From the NCBI GenBank assembly GCA_021783235.1, contig JAJXUD010000001.1, forward strand, positions 170,580 through 234,579: a stretch of 64,000 nt of DNA, given 5' to 3'. The notes below the pieces were generated by a model. The model searched no databases, had not been told where the DNA came from, and saw nothing but the letters and a program-made list of their open reading frames with translations. The stretch's first letter is position 1. Every line of letters begins with the position of its first letter. Made by a program: the position numbers and the translations under genes. The stretch is from Myxococcales bacterium. Its GTDB lineage: Bacteria > Myxococcota > Myxococcia > Myxococcales > JAKAPL01. Shown in pieces: positions 10,920-21,379 of this stretch.

Positions 10920-11558
10920 ATGTCGAAGACCAACTCCCAGACCTACTCGCTCATCGAGAACCGGCTCAGCTCGATGCAGGCGGGCTTCCAGAAGGACTTC
11001 ACCCCGAAGCAGAGCCTCCCCGTGGATGGGACCCCGATGACCCAGCAGGCGATCATCGGCCAGATCGGCTCCTACCTCCAGATCCTCTCCGACGTGGCCG
11101 GGGCGCGCAACGCGCTCGCCGTGAAGATCGCCGCGAAGAAGGCGGCGATGCCGGCCATCCACAAGCTCCTCTCGGACCTCGAGATCGCGCTCAAGTTCAC
11201 GCTCGGCTCGAAGAACCCGCTCCTGCCGGACTTCGGCATCCAGCCGCCCAAGAGCCGCAAGAAGCCCGACAGCCAGACCAAGGCGCTCGCCGCCGCCGCG
11301 GCGAAGAGCACGAAGAGGGCCCGCGGCATCATCGGCAAGAACCAGCGGGCCCAGATCACGGCCCAAGGCAAGCCCGGCCTGGCGCTGGTCGACGCCCAGG
11401 GGAACGTGCTCCCGGACGCCCTGACGGGACCGCTGCCCCCGGGGAGCCGCACCCCGCTGCGCGTCGTCTCGGTGGCGCTGGACGGCGCCGCCGCGCCCGA
11501 GTCCGCCGCCCCGAGCAGCGAGCCCGCGAACGGCACGGCCCCGGCGAGCGGGAAGTAG
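10920..11558 (+). CDS. Hypothetical basic, helical protein
   Basis: AAGGAA RBS, ATG 10920 (MSKTNSQ...), strong GC3 codon bias; no family recognised. Confidence 0.75.
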   Translation: MSKTNSQTYSLIENRLSSMQAGFQKDFTPKQSLPVDGTPMTQQAIIGQIGSYLQILSDVAGARNALAVKIAAKKAAMPAIHKLLSDLEIALKFTLGSKNPLLPDFGIQPPKSRKKPDSQTKALAAAAAKSTKRARGIIGKNQRAQITAQGKPGLALVDAQGNVLPDALTGPLPPGSRTPLRVVSVALDGAAAPESAAPSSEPANGTAPASGK

Positions 11559-11704
11559 CGCCGGAGCGGGAAGGGGGGGCGCCCGGTCGATTCGGGCGCC
11601 CTCTCTCGGAAGTCCGAAGGCTCGTGCAAGGCCTCTTTCCCTTCGCGCCTTTCCCTTGCCGCTCGCGCGATCCCCTCCTAGGATGCCCCCGAAACGACGA
11701 CGAA

Positions 11705-12475
11705 ATGACCGACCGCGAACGGATCCAGGCGCTCGAGCGCTGCACTGGAGTCTCCTTCGGCGAGGACGGGCTCGCGCTCGCCCTCGAGGCGCTCACCCAC
11801 AAGAGCCACGCCAACGAGACCTCGACCGGCGCGGGCACCCCGCCCCCGGACAACGAGCGGCTCGAGTTTCTCGGCGACGCGGTCATCGACCTCGCCATCA
11901 GCCAGCGGCTCATGGAGCGCTTCCCGCTGGCCAGCGAGGGCGAGCTGTCGCGGCTGCGGGCCTCGGTGGTCAACGAGGGCGCGCTCGCCACGGTGGCGCG
12001 AGCGCTCTGCCTCGGCGAGCTGCTCCTGCTCGGCCGCGGCGAGGAGCGGACGGGCGGCCGCGAGAAGGTCTCGGTGCTCGCGAACGCGCTCGAGGCGGTC
12101 ATCGGCGCCATCTACGTGCGCCACGGCATGGCGGGGACGCTCGCCTTCGTCGACCGCTCTTTCGCCGCGGCGCTCGACGGCACGGCCCGCGGGATGTTCG
12201 ATCTGGACTTCAAGAGCCGGGTCCAGGAGCTCTCGCAGGCCGCCTACAAAGTGGGGCCGCGCTACCGCATCGTCGCCCAGGAAGGGCCCGACCACGCGCG
12301 GGTCTACACGGTCGAGCTGGTCCTCGGCGACGCCGCGCTGGGGCAGGGAACCGGCCCGAGCAAGAAGGAGGCGGAGCAGGCGGCGGCGCGCCAGGCGCTC
12401 CCCGCCATCGAGTCGCGCATCGCCAACGGCGAGCCGCTGCCGGAGTCGCTCGACAAGCGGGAGGACGCGACTTAG
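11705..12475 (+). CDS. rnc: Ribonuclease III
   Basis: 'ALTHKS', 'NERLEFLGDAV' signature, C-terminal dsRBD 'GPDHA...SKKEAEQAAA'. Confidence 0.97.
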   Translation: MTDRERIQALERCTGVSFGEDGLALALEALTHKSHANETSTGAGTPPPDNERLEFLGDAVIDLAISQRLMERFPLASEGELSRLRASVVNEGALATVARALCLGELLLLGRGEERTGGREKVSVLANALEAVIGAIYVRHGMAGTLAFVDRSFAAALDGTARGMFDLDFKSRVQELSQAAYKVGPRYRIVAQEGPDHARVYTVELVLGDAALGQGTGPSKKEAEQAAARQALPAIESRIANGEPLPESLDKREDAT

Positions 12476-12502
12476 AGTGCGCCGGCTTTCAGGAGGCGAC
12501 GG

Positions 12503-13147
<645 letters not shown>

Positions 13148-14141
13148 GGGGAGGGCGACCTCGTCGGCCCCCCATCCCGGCCCCCCCGCGCCCGCGCGGG
13201 GGGGGCCGCCGCATCGCGCCGGCTTCGTGGCGCTGGTGGGCGAGCCGAACGTCGGCAAGTCCACCCTGCTGAACCGGCTCATCGGCGCGAAGGTCGCGAT
13301 CGTCAGCCCGAAGCCGCAGACCACGCGCAACCGGATCCTGGGCGTCGTCACGGGCGAGGGGCACCAGCTCGCGCTCCTCGACACGCCCGGGATCCACAGC
13401 CCGCGGCAGGGGCCGCTGAACCGGAGCCTCGTCGAGGCGGCGCTCGGCGCCGTGGGCGAGGTCGATCTGGTCGCGCTGGTGGTCGAGGCGACGAGGCCGC
13501 CCGAGGCGGGCGAGGGGAGCGAGAACGGCCGGCTGCTCGCGGTCGCGCGGCGCTCCGGCAAGCGCACCGCGCTCGTCGTCAACAAGGTGGACGAGGTGGC
13601 GAAGCCGAAGCTGCTGCCGCTCCTCGAGGCCTGGAGCCAGCTCCACCCCTTCGACCTCGTCTACCCGCTGAGCGCGCTCAAGGGCGACAACGTCGAGGGG
13701 CTCGTCCCCGCGCTCGCGGAGCTGCTCCCGGAGGGGCCGCCGCTCTTCCCGCCCGACGTCCTCACCGACCAGGCGGAGCGGATGCTCGCGGCCGAGCTCG
13801 TGCGCGAGCAGGTCTTCCGCCAGACCGGGCAGGAGATCCCGTACTCCGTGGCCGTCGAGGTCGAGGAGTTCGACGAGAGCCGCCGCGAGGGGGCGAGGCC
13901 GCTCGTCCGCATCCTCGCGACGCTCCACGTGGAGCGGCTGTCGCAGAAGGGGATCCTCATCGGCAAGGGCGGCGCCCGGCTCAAGTCGATCGGCACGAAG
14001 GCGCGCGCGGAGATCGAACGGATGCTCGGCTGCAAGGTCTTCCTCGGACTCAACGTGCGAGTCGAGGAGGGCTGGAGCCAGTCCGAGCGCGCCCTGCGCC
14101 GCTTCGGCTACCTCGGCCCGGCGGAAGGCTGAGCGGCGCGG

Positions 14142-15473
14142 ATGCTACCGGTCATCGCCATCGTCGGACGCCCCAACGTGGGCAAGTCGACCCTCTTCAA
14201 CCGGATCGTCGGGCGGCGCGCCGCCATCGTCGAGGACGTGCCCGGCGTGACGCGCGACCGCCACTACGCCGAGGCCGACTGGGACGGCCGCCGCTTCACC
14301 CTCGTCGACACGGGCGGCTTCTGGACCGACGTCGCCGATCCGCTGCTGCGCGACGTGCGCGCCCAGGCCGAGCTCGCCGTGGCCGAGGCGGCGCTCGTCG
14401 TCCTGGTCGTCGACGGCCGCGCCGGCGTGACCGCCGGGGACCTCGACCTCGCCGCGCGGCTGCGGCGCAGCGGAAGGCCCGTCCTCGTCGCGGTGAACAA
14501 GATCGACTCGGCGCGGACCCTGGCCGAGACGGGCGAGGCCGACTTCTACCGGCTCGGGCTGCCGGAGCTCGTCCACCTCTCGGCCGAGCACGGCCGGGGC
14601 GTCTCCGATCTGCTCGATCTCGCCGTCCAGCGGCTGCCCGAGCAGACGCCCGTCGAGTCGCCCGCCGAGGAGGGGCTGCCGCGGATCGCCATCCTCGGCC
14701 GGCCGAACGTCGGCAAGTCCACCCTCGCGAACCGGCTGCTCGGCGAGGCCCGCTTCATCGAGAGCCCCGTCGCCGGGACCACGCGGGATCCGCTGGACGC
14801 GGAGCTGACCTTCCGCGGCCGCCGCTTCATCCTCACCGACACCGCCGGCATCCGGCGCAAGGCGCAGACCTCCGAGGGGCACGAGCTCGAGAGCACCGAT
14901 CGGGCGATCGGGGCGCTCGACCGGTCGGACGTCGCGATCGTCGTGATGGACGCCGCCGAGCCGGCGGTGGAGCAGGACGCCCGGCTCGCGGGCGAGGTGA
15001 TCGAGCGGACGAAGCCGCTCGTGCTCGCGGTGAACAAGGCCGACCTCGTGAGGGGCGAGGCCGCCCGCAAGCTGGTGCGGGAGACGATCGAGGAGCGGCT
15101 CCCGTTTTTGCCGCAGGGGACGCCGCTCGCCTGGATCTCCGCGACCGCGGGAACCGGCGTCGACCGGCTCTTGCCGCTCGCCGGGCGGCTCTACGACCAG
15201 GCGGACCGGCGCATCTCGACGCCCGAGGTGAACCGCTTCCTGCGCGACGCCGAGGACGCCCACCCGCCGCCCCGGGCCGGCGGCCTGCCGGTGCGGCTCT
15301 ACTACATGGCGCAGGTCGGGACCCGGCCGCCGTCGTTTCTGATCCACGTGAACCGGCCGGAGGGGATCACCGAGTCCTACCGCCGCTTCCTGTCGAACCG
15401 GCTGCGGGAGCAGTTCGAGATCGAGGTGCCGGTGCGGCTGGTCTTCAAGAAGCGATCGCGCCGCGGGAGTTGA
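14142..15473 (+). CDS. der: Ribosome biogenesis GTPase Der (EngA)
   Basis: Two GRPNVGKST G-domains, 'GVTRDR', 'GTTRD', KH-like C-terminus. Confidence 0.97.
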   Translation: MLPVIAIVGRPNVGKSTLFNRIVGRRAAIVEDVPGVTRDRHYAEADWDGRRFTLVDTGGFWTDVADPLLRDVRAQAELAVAEAALVVLVVDGRAGVTAGDLDLAARLRRSGRPVLVAVNKIDSARTLAETGEADFYRLGLPELVHLSAEHGRGVSDLLDLAVQRLPEQTPVESPAEEGLPRIAILGRPNVGKSTLANRLLGEARFIESPVAGTTRDPLDAELTFRGRRFILTDTAGIRRKAQTSEGHELESTDRAIGALDRSDVAIVVMDAAEPAVEQDARLAGEVIERTKPLVLAVNKADLVRGEAARKLVRETIEERLPFLPQGTPLAWISATAGTGVDRLLPLAGRLYDQADRRISTPEVNRFLRDAEDAHPPPRAGGLPVRLYYMAQVGTRPPSFLIHVNRPEGITESYRRFLSNRLREQFEIEVPVRLVFKKRSRRGS

Positions 15474-15536
15474 CAGGGGCGCCCCCGCGGTTGAAAGTCT
15501 GCACCCTTTTGACGGTCTGAACCGAAGGAGACGAAC

Positions 15537-16316
15537 GTGGCACGCGCCGCCGAGAAGCTGGACCGCCATGATCTCAAGGGCGAGGACGCCTTCGTCGAGA
15601 TGATGACGCCCCTCGCCGAGGGACTCGAGAAGAACTGGCGCTACGTCGCCATCGCGGTGGGGGTGGCGCTCACCGCCGCCATCGCCGTGGCCGTGGGCCT
15701 CTCGATCTCCTCGAGCCACCGCGAGCGGGCCGCCCGGGCGCTCGGCGCCGCGCTCGCCGACGTGAACAAGCCGGTGGTCGGCGAGGAGGGCGCGGCCGAG
15801 AAGACCGCCGACTCCTTCTCGAGCGAGCAGGAGAAGCAGCGGGCGCTCGCGAAGGCGCTCGAGGCGGTCGTCGTCGGCAAGGCCGGGACGCGCGCGGCGG
15901 AGACGGCGCTCCTGAGCCTCGGCGACGCGCAGTACCGGCTCGGGCAGTTCGACGACGCGCTCGCGAGCTACCGGAAGTTCTTGGGCGACGCGTCGCCCGA
16001 GGACACGCTGCGCGCCTTCGCGATGCAGGGCGAGGCGTTCGCGCTGCTCGGGGCGGGGAAGGGCGACGACGCGCTGGCCGCGGCGAAGCGGCTCGCGCAG
16101 GAGCCGCCGGCCGGCTTCGGCCGCGACCTCGGGCTGCTCGCCGAGGGGAGGATCGCCCAGCAGGTCGGCAAGGCCGACGCCGCGAAGGAGGCCTTCCAGA
16201 AGCTCGTCGCCGACTTCCCGACGACCGCCGCCGGGCGCGAGGCGAGCGAGCGGCTCGCCGATCTCGGCGTCACGCCGAAGCAGCCGCCGTCCCCCTTCGG
16301 CAAGAGGACGCCCTAA
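15537..16316 (+). CDS. YfgM-like membrane-anchored TPR protein
   Basis: One TM segment followed by TPR helices; lies between der and the bamB-like gene. Confidence 0.75.
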   Translation: MARAAEKLDRHDLKGEDAFVEMMTPLAEGLEKNWRYVAIAVGVALTAAIAVAVGLSISSSHRERAARALGAALADVNKPVVGEEGAAEKTADSFSSEQEKQRALAKALEAVVVGKAGTRAAETALLSLGDAQYRLGQFDDALASYRKFLGDASPEDTLRAFAMQGEAFALLGAGKGDDALAAAKRLAQEPPAGFGRDLGLLAEGRIAQQVGKADAAKEAFQKLVADFPTTAAGREASERLADLGVTPKQPPSPFGKRTP

Positions 16317-16328
16317 GGGCGGCTCGCG

Positions 16329-17480
16329 ATGAGGGGAACGATCGCTCTGGGGGCCGCCTGCCTCGCCGCTCTGGCCTGCGCGCCGCCGCCCGCCGGGCTG
16401 CGCCTCGTCAACTCCGAGGAGGCCCCGCGCGTGCGGCGCGTCTACGATCTCGGCTGGCGGGTGCCGCTCGTCTCGATGCAGTCGACCGAGCCGCCGCTCA
16501 ACGTGAGCCTCTTGCGCTGGGAGCCGCTCGAGACCGCCGGACCGCTGGTCGTCGCCGATGACCGGGAGGTGGTGGCGGGCTCGATCGACGGCAAGCTCGT
16601 GGCCTTCTCGTTCGAGGGCAAGAAGCTCTGGAGCTTCGACACGGGCGGCGTCATCGAGGCCACGCCGGTTCGCGACGGCTCCCGAATCTTCGTCGCCTCG
16701 GACGTGGGGCGGCTCTACTGCCTCGAGGCGGCGAGCGGCCGCGAGATCTGGCGGGCGCCGCTCGGCGAGGCGGCCTCGGCGTCGGCCGTCGTCGGGGGCG
16801 GCGCGGTCTACGTCGCCACCGCCGAGGCGAGCCTCTTCGCCTTCGACGCCGAGACCGGCAAGCGGCGCTGGCACTACCGGCGCGAGCTGACGGGCGAATT
16901 CAGCATCCGCACCCATTCGAATCCCTGGGTCGACGGCAAGGTGGTCTACGAGGGCTTCGCGGACGGGTCGCTCGTCGCCTTCGAGGCGAAGGACGGCTCG
17001 ATCCGCTGGCAGCGCGCCGCGGCGCCCGACTCGAAGGCGCTCGACGCCGCCACGGACCCGCTGGCGGCCGGCGGACGCGTCTACGTCGCCTTCTACGGCC
17101 AGGGCATCCTCGCGCTCGACGCCCGCGACGGCACGGTCCGCTGGCGGAGGCCGCTCAACGGCGCCACCGGGCTGCTCCTCCACGACGGACTTCTCTTCGC
17201 GACCGCCGTCGGAAAGCTCGCCGCGTTGGCGCCGGGGGATGGCACCATCATCTGGCAGAAGGGCTTCGCCGACCGGACGCCGCGCAAGCCGAGCCTCGTC
17301 GGCGGCCTGCTCGCGGTCCCGACCTCCGACGCGCTGGTCTTCCTGGACGATCGGACCGGGACCGTCCAGGGGGCGCCGTTCAACCCGGGCCGCGGCGTCG
17401 ACGCGCCGCCCGCCGCGCACGGCCGAAAGCTCTACGTCACCTCGAACGCGGGCTGGCTCTACGCCCTGGAGCTGCGATGA
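16329..17480 (+). CDS. PQQ-like beta-propeller lipoprotein (BamB-like)
   Basis: Lipobox 'ALAC', repeated 'L.A.D..TG...W' propeller motifs; yfgM/der context. Confidence 0.8.
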   Translation: MRGTIALGAACLAALACAPPPAGLRLVNSEEAPRVRRVYDLGWRVPLVSMQSTEPPLNVSLLRWEPLETAGPLVVADDREVVAGSIDGKLVAFSFEGKKLWSFDTGGVIEATPVRDGSRIFVASDVGRLYCLEAASGREIWRAPLGEAASASAVVGGGAVYVATAEASLFAFDAETGKRRWHYRRELTGEFSIRTHSNPWVDGKVVYEGFADGSLVAFEAKDGSIRWQRAAAPDSKALDAATDPLAAGGRVYVAFYGQGILALDARDGTVRWRRPLNGATGLLLHDGLLFATAVGKLAALAPGDGTIIWQKGFADRTPRKPSLVGGLLAVPTSDALVFLDDRTGTVQGAPFNPGRGVDAPPAAHGRKLYVTSNAGWLYALELR

Positions 17481-17869
17481 CGGCGAAGCGGGTGGTCGCG
17501 GCGCTCATCGAGAACGCCGGCCGCTTCCTGGTTCAGCGCCGCCGGCTCGACGGCGCCCGCGCCGGCCTCTGGGAGTTTCCGGGCGGCAAGCGGGAGCCCG
17601 GCGAGAGCGACGAGGCGGCGCTCGCCCGCGAGTGCCGCGAGGAGCTCGGGCTCTCGGTCGAGGTCGGGCCGCTCGTCTTCGAGACCGAGCACGCCTATCC
17701 CGACCTCACGGTCTCACTCGGCCTCTTCGCCTGCCGGATCCTGGACGGAACGGCCGTGGCGAAGGAGGGACAGCTCGTGAGCTGGCTGCCCCGGGCCGAG
17801 CTCGCCTCCGTGCCGTTCTGCGAGGCCGATCTCGAGCTCGTGCGCCGGCTCTCCGAGGGCCAGCCGTGA
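17477..17869 (+). CDS. NUDIX (d)NTP pyrophosphohydrolase, MutT/NudG-like
   Basis: 'WEFPGGKREPGESDEAALARECREELG' Nudix box. Confidence 0.9.
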   Translation: MTAKRVVAALIENAGRFLVQRRRLDGARAGLWEFPGGKREPGESDEAALARECREELGLSVEVGPLVFETEHAYPDLTVSLGLFACRILDGTAVAKEGQLVSWLPRAELASVPFCEADLELVRRLSEGQP

Positions 17870-18333
17870 GCGCGCCTGGGCCCCTCCATTTCCGGGTGGG
17901 CGCCTACGGGCTGCTCGTCGCGGATGGGCGAATCCTCCTCACCCGCACGATCACCCGCTCGGGGATCCTGAACAACTTCCCCGGCGGCGCCATCGAGCTC
18001 GGCGAGGCGCCGCTCGCGGCGCTGGTGCGCGAGCTGCGCGAGGAGACCGGGCTCGTCGTGCGGCCCGGGGAGCTCGTCCACGCCACCGAGGGCTACCACC
18101 AGTCGGCCGACTATCCCGAGAACCAGCTCGTCAAGATCTACTGGCGCGTCCAGGCGATCGGCGGCGAGCTGCGGCTCGAGGGGAACGGCGACGACGTGGC
18201 CGGCTGCTTTTGGGCCGACCTTCGCGAGGTCGACCGGCTGGGGCTCGGCGACTCCGATCACGAGGCCATCGAGCGGCTGCGAGCCCAGGGGCTGCTCGGG
18301 CCTCAGCCCGCCGTGCGTGGCACCGCGGGCTGA
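17866..18333 (+). CDS. NUDIX hydrolase
   Basis: GTG overlaps the upstream stop; 'FPGGAIELGEAPLAALVRELREETG'. Confidence 0.85.
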   Translation: MSAPGPLHFRVGAYGLLVADGRILLTRTITRSGILNNFPGGAIELGEAPLAALVRELREETGLVVRPGELVHATEGYHQSADYPENQLVKIYWRVQAIGGELRLEGNGDDVAGCFWADLREVDRLGLGDSDHEAIERLRAQGLLGPQPAVRGTAG

Positions 18334-18349
18334 GGGCCACGCGACGCCT

Positions 18350-18913
18350 TCAGGAGCGGTGGTGGCGCCTGCGGCGCCGGCGCTGCTTGCCGGGCTTCGC
18401 GTGCGCGGTCGCCGGCGCCGGCCAGACCGAAAAATGGAGCACGAGCGGCAAGAAGCGCCGGCCTCCGACGTCGGTCGGCAGCGACCCGGCCTCGCCGTCG
18501 ATGACGAGCCGGCAGCAGAGCTTCGACGGCAGCGGCTCGCTGGGCCGAAGGACGAACGACGTGCCGCCGTCGGCCGCCTCGATCTCGAGCCGGTTCGGCC
18601 GGAGCCGGTCCTCGGAATCGATGATGCGGACGCGCACGTCCGAGAGCTCCGCCGAGGTCCGCAGCGTCAGCTCCGCGCCGCCCGGAACCGATGCGTCCGG
18701 GGCCATGAGATCGGCTCGGCCGCCGTCCCACTCCGCCTCGGCGCCAAAGCCCGGCAACGGCCCGGGACCGGCGTCGACGGGCGGCGGCGGCGGGGGGCCG
18801 GCGTCGGGCGGCGCCGGCGGTGGCGCGGGCAAAGGCCTCTGGCAGGCGCCGAAGACCACGAGCAGCGCTCCGGCCAAAGGGCCGAGAAGGGACGTTCTTG
18901 TTACTCGTGCCAT
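18350..18913 (-). CDS. Host lipoprotein, target of provirus integration; first codons supplied by E1
   Basis: MARVTR-TSLLGPLAGALLVVFGAC lipobox; AGGAG RBS; the att core lies at codons 6-11. Confidence 0.75.
   Translation of the reverse strand: MARVTRTSLLGPLAGALLVVFGACQRPLPAPPPAPPDAGPPPPPPVDAGPGPLPGFGAEAEWDGGRADLMAPDASVPGGAELTLRTSAELSDVRVRIIDSEDRLRPNRLEIEAADGGTSFVLRPSEPLPSKLCCRLVIDGEAGSLPTDVGGRRFLPLVLHFSVWPAPATAHAKPGKQRRRRRRHHRS
18878..18905 (+). other. dif-like attachment site L: AGGGCCGAGAA-GGGACG-TTCTTGTTACT
   Basis: Shares 15 bp CCGAGAAGGGACGTT (18882-18896) with 28655-28669; 11-6-11 layout like dif. Confidence 0.8.
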
Positions 18914-19451
18914 GGAAGTCGCTCCTGCCTGACAGACCGGGTTTGCTTCCGCCATGCCCATCCGGCGAGGGGCCGGGGCCGAGCAGCCACTCGGAGATCC
19001 ACGACCATCGCGGCTCCGCGTCCTCCGCCTCGCGTCGTGCCCCGGCGAGGCCGTCAGGGTACCTCTGACATGCCTGCGACCAACAGCCCGGCGGGAGCGC
19101 CGCCGGCGAGAGGCCGACGAGCCAGACGAGCGGGGAGCGGAGTCCGCCATGGTCCGGCTCGTCGCCGAGCTGGCGCTGTAAAACGATTATGCCAGCGAAC
19201 TCGAGGCGGTCGAGGGCGCGCGAAATTGACGGCCGCCCGTACGGCCCGACAAGCCCAAGCCCCGCGCCGCTCGCGCCCGTCATGTTGAAGCTCAGGGGCA
19301 GCGTCGGCCGCTCCCAGACCGACCGCGCGAGCTCGCGCACGAGCTCGCGCTCGAGGCCGCGGCGCCCCTCGAGGGAGCGCCGCTGCCACTCCTCGACGGC
19401 GTCTCTCCAGACGTCGATGGCGCGGCGGAGCTCGAGCGCGGGCGCGGTCAC
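18882..19451 (-). CDS. N-terminal half (wHTH) of the E1 putative replication protein, cut at the att core
   Basis: GTG 19451 overlaps the upstream TGA; 'GRPSISRALDRLEFAGIIV' resembles the wHTH of phage replication proteins; reads NVPSR across the core. Confidence 0.65.
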
Positions 19452-20107
19452 GGCGAGCAGACCCCCTCGCTCGCGCTGCAGCCCGAGAAGGTCGGGATGG
19501 TCCAGCTCGCCGAGCAGGTCGTACCGCCGCACTGGCTCGCGCTCGTGCACTGGGTCACGCAGACATCGTTGCCGTTCGCATCGGTCGCGCAACAGCCCTG
19601 GGAGCACGTCTGCGCGCCGTTGCAGCCATCGTAGAGGGCGCCGTCGTTGGCCTTGCAGACATACGGCCCCACGGGGTTCCCGCTGGAATCCGCCAGTGGA
19701 GCGCACGCGCCCCCAGTGGCGCACTCGGCCGCGGTCGTGCACCTGCATGCCTGAGTCGTGGCCGCACCGTTCGGAGCGCAGGCGGACTGGCCGGTTTCCT
19801 TGCCGGATGAATCGAAGAGCACGCTGCAGCACTGGGCGTCCGCCGGGCACTGGGCGCTATCCGTGCAGATCGTTCCGCAGGCCTTGTTGCCCGCTGCGTC
19901 GGCGATGCAGACGGCGCCGGTGCTGCAGCATGTGGCGCCGCAGGGCGCGGAGCAGCATGAGCCGTTCAAGCACGACTGGCCGGTGCCGCAGCAGCTCGAG
20001 CCGCAGGGGCTCGAGCATGAGCCGCTCGTCGTCCCTCCACCTGGTGAACCGCCGCCGCACGCTGCCAGCACCGCTGCGAGGCCAAAGACGACGAGGATCG
20101 GACGCAT
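19448..20107 (-). CDS. Cys-rich lipoprotein (E1 cargo)
   Basis: MRPILVVFGLAAVLAAC lipobox, many Cys repeats; same position as 39079-39354 in E2. Confidence 0.8.
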   Translation of the reverse strand: MRPILVVFGLAAVLAACGGGSPGGGTTSGSCSSPCGSSCCGTGQSCLNGSCCSAPCGATCCSTGAVCIADAAGNKACGTICTDSAQCPADAQCCSVLFDSSGKETGQSACAPNGAATTQACRCTTAAECATGGACAPLADSSGNPVGPYVCKANDGALYDGCNGAQTCSQGCCATDANGNDVCVTQCTSASQCGGTTCSASWTIPTFSGCSASEGVCSP

Positions 20108-20273
20108 GGGGTTTCCCCTCCCGGGGGAAAGGCCCCGCCCAGATCGCGCCTCCGAAGCGCGACCGGGCAGGGGTTCGAGGCTCGCGGGCGCGAGCGATGA
20201 ACGGGATTGACCGTCGGAGTCGGCCACGTGCAGATTCTAACTAGATCCTCTGACGGTCGGTCAAGCCCGAAAT

Positions 20274-20657
20274 CTAACCCGACGCCTGCGCGCCGCCCTG
20301 GAGGAGCTGGAGCCCACCGTCCGACGACGAGCCCTCCCGACGGTGCCGGAGCGCTCTGACTGCTGCCCAGGCCCCGCCAGCGAGCGCCGCGGCGAGCGCC
20401 AGGCCCGCGAAGACGCCCCAGGCGGACGTGCCGTCGGACTTGTCGGACTGACGGTCCGAGTTTTCGGAGGTCCGACGCTCGGACCCTTCGGACTTCTGGT
20501 CGGACTTCTTGGTCTGACGCTCGTCCGACTTCTCGGTCCGGATGGTCTCCCAGCCGACGAACTTCCCCTTGCCGCCGCCGTCCGGGGCGTCGTACTTCGC
20601 TCGGACAACGCGTCCGTCTTTGAGCTTCCTCTCAGCTCCGACCAGTTTGACCGCCAT
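20274..20657 (-). CDS. E1 protein with charged linker and C-terminal TM segment
   Basis: MAVKLVGAERK...; syntenic with 38650-38961. Confidence 0.6.
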   Translation of the reverse strand: MAVKLVGAERKLKDGRVVRAKYDAPDGGGKGKFVGWETIRTEKSDERQTKKSDQKSEGSERRTSENSDRQSDKSDGTSAWGVFAGLALAAALAGGAWAAVRALRHRREGSSSDGGLQLLQGGAQASG

Positions 20658-20868
20658 CGGCCACCTCACTCTCGACTCGCGGAGGCTCCCAAAGGGCTTC
20701 CTCTAGCCGGCGACGCACCTTCGCCTCGCGCAGCCGCACCCGCGCGGCCGACTCGAGGGCTGTGTCGATAGCGAGCCAGAGCATCCAGAATCCGCCGAGA
20801 AAGAACGCCGCGACGAGCCGATCGGACCGGCGGTCCGCCGCGGCGCTCTCCTTCGATGAATCGATCAC
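20632..20868 (-). CDS. E1 small membrane protein
   Basis: GTG coupled to the upstream stop; one hydrophobic segment. Confidence 0.55.
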   Translation of the reverse strand: MIDSSKESAAADRRSDRLVAAFFLGGFWMLWLAIDTALESAARVRLREAKVRRRLEEALWEPPRVESEVADGGQTGRS

Positions 20869-21167
20869 GCCGGGACCGACCCGCCCTCACCGGAGGAGGC
20901 CTGCGGGAGCGCGGGGGCGTCCGCCGGGGTGTCGAGCGCGTCGATGACGCCGTCGACGGCATCGGCGAGCCCGCGGACCCCCTCCGCGACGAGCTGCACC
21001 GTGCCGACGACGGCGCCGATGCCGGGGAGTTTCTCGAGGACGCGACCGAGGGGACCGTCGGCGGTCTTCTCGATGACGTCGTCGACCTGGTCGACCTTCG
21101 TACGGACCTCATCGCAGAGCTTGCGGGCCTTGTCGAGCGCGGCCTGGACCTTCGGGGGGCGGCTCAT
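20865..21167 (-). CDS. E1 amphipathic helical protein (lysis region)
   Basis: 'ALDKARK..DQVDD..LPGIG..AEGVR' aligns with 38199-38483 'ALDKAKK..DQVDD..IPGLG..ADGLR'. Confidence 0.75.
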   Translation of the reverse strand: MSRPPKVQAALDKARKLCDEVRTKVDQVDDVIEKTADGPLGRVLEKLPGIGAVVGTVQLVAEGVRGLADAVDGVIDALDTPADAPALPQASSGEGGSVPA

Positions 21168-21379
21168 GCGTGCTCCTTGGCTGTGGCGAGCGTGAGCTCG
21201 CGGGTGACCTCGCGTCGGACGAGGATCTGTTGCTCGAGCCGACCGATGCGCCGCTCGAGCGGGGTGAGATTGCGCGTGAGCACGTCCTCTACGGCGCGCG
21301 TGAAGAGTACCTTCGCGGCCCAGAGGCAGCCGCCAGACAGGGCGGCCGACGCGGCTCCGATGATGAGCTCCCGCATCAT
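21164..21379 (-). CDS. E1 small TM + coiled-coil protein (holin-like)
   Basis: ATGA overlaps on both sides; N-terminal TM, 'RIGRLE'; counterpart 38002-38202. Confidence 0.6.
   Translation of the reverse strand: MMRELIIGAASAALSGGCLWAAKVLFTRAVEDVLTRNLTPLERRIGRLEQQILVRREVTRELTLATAKEHA

Noticed and set aside
13178-13208. GC hairpin at the 5' end of era as a terminator or ncRNA
   Set aside because: No U-tract, and it lies within the probable era reading frame; no function can be supported.
20430-20545. Cluster of TCGGA/TCCGA motifs as iterons
   Set aside because: Explained by Ser-Asp/Glu codon pairs in the low-complexity linker of the 20274-20657 protein; spacing is irregular.
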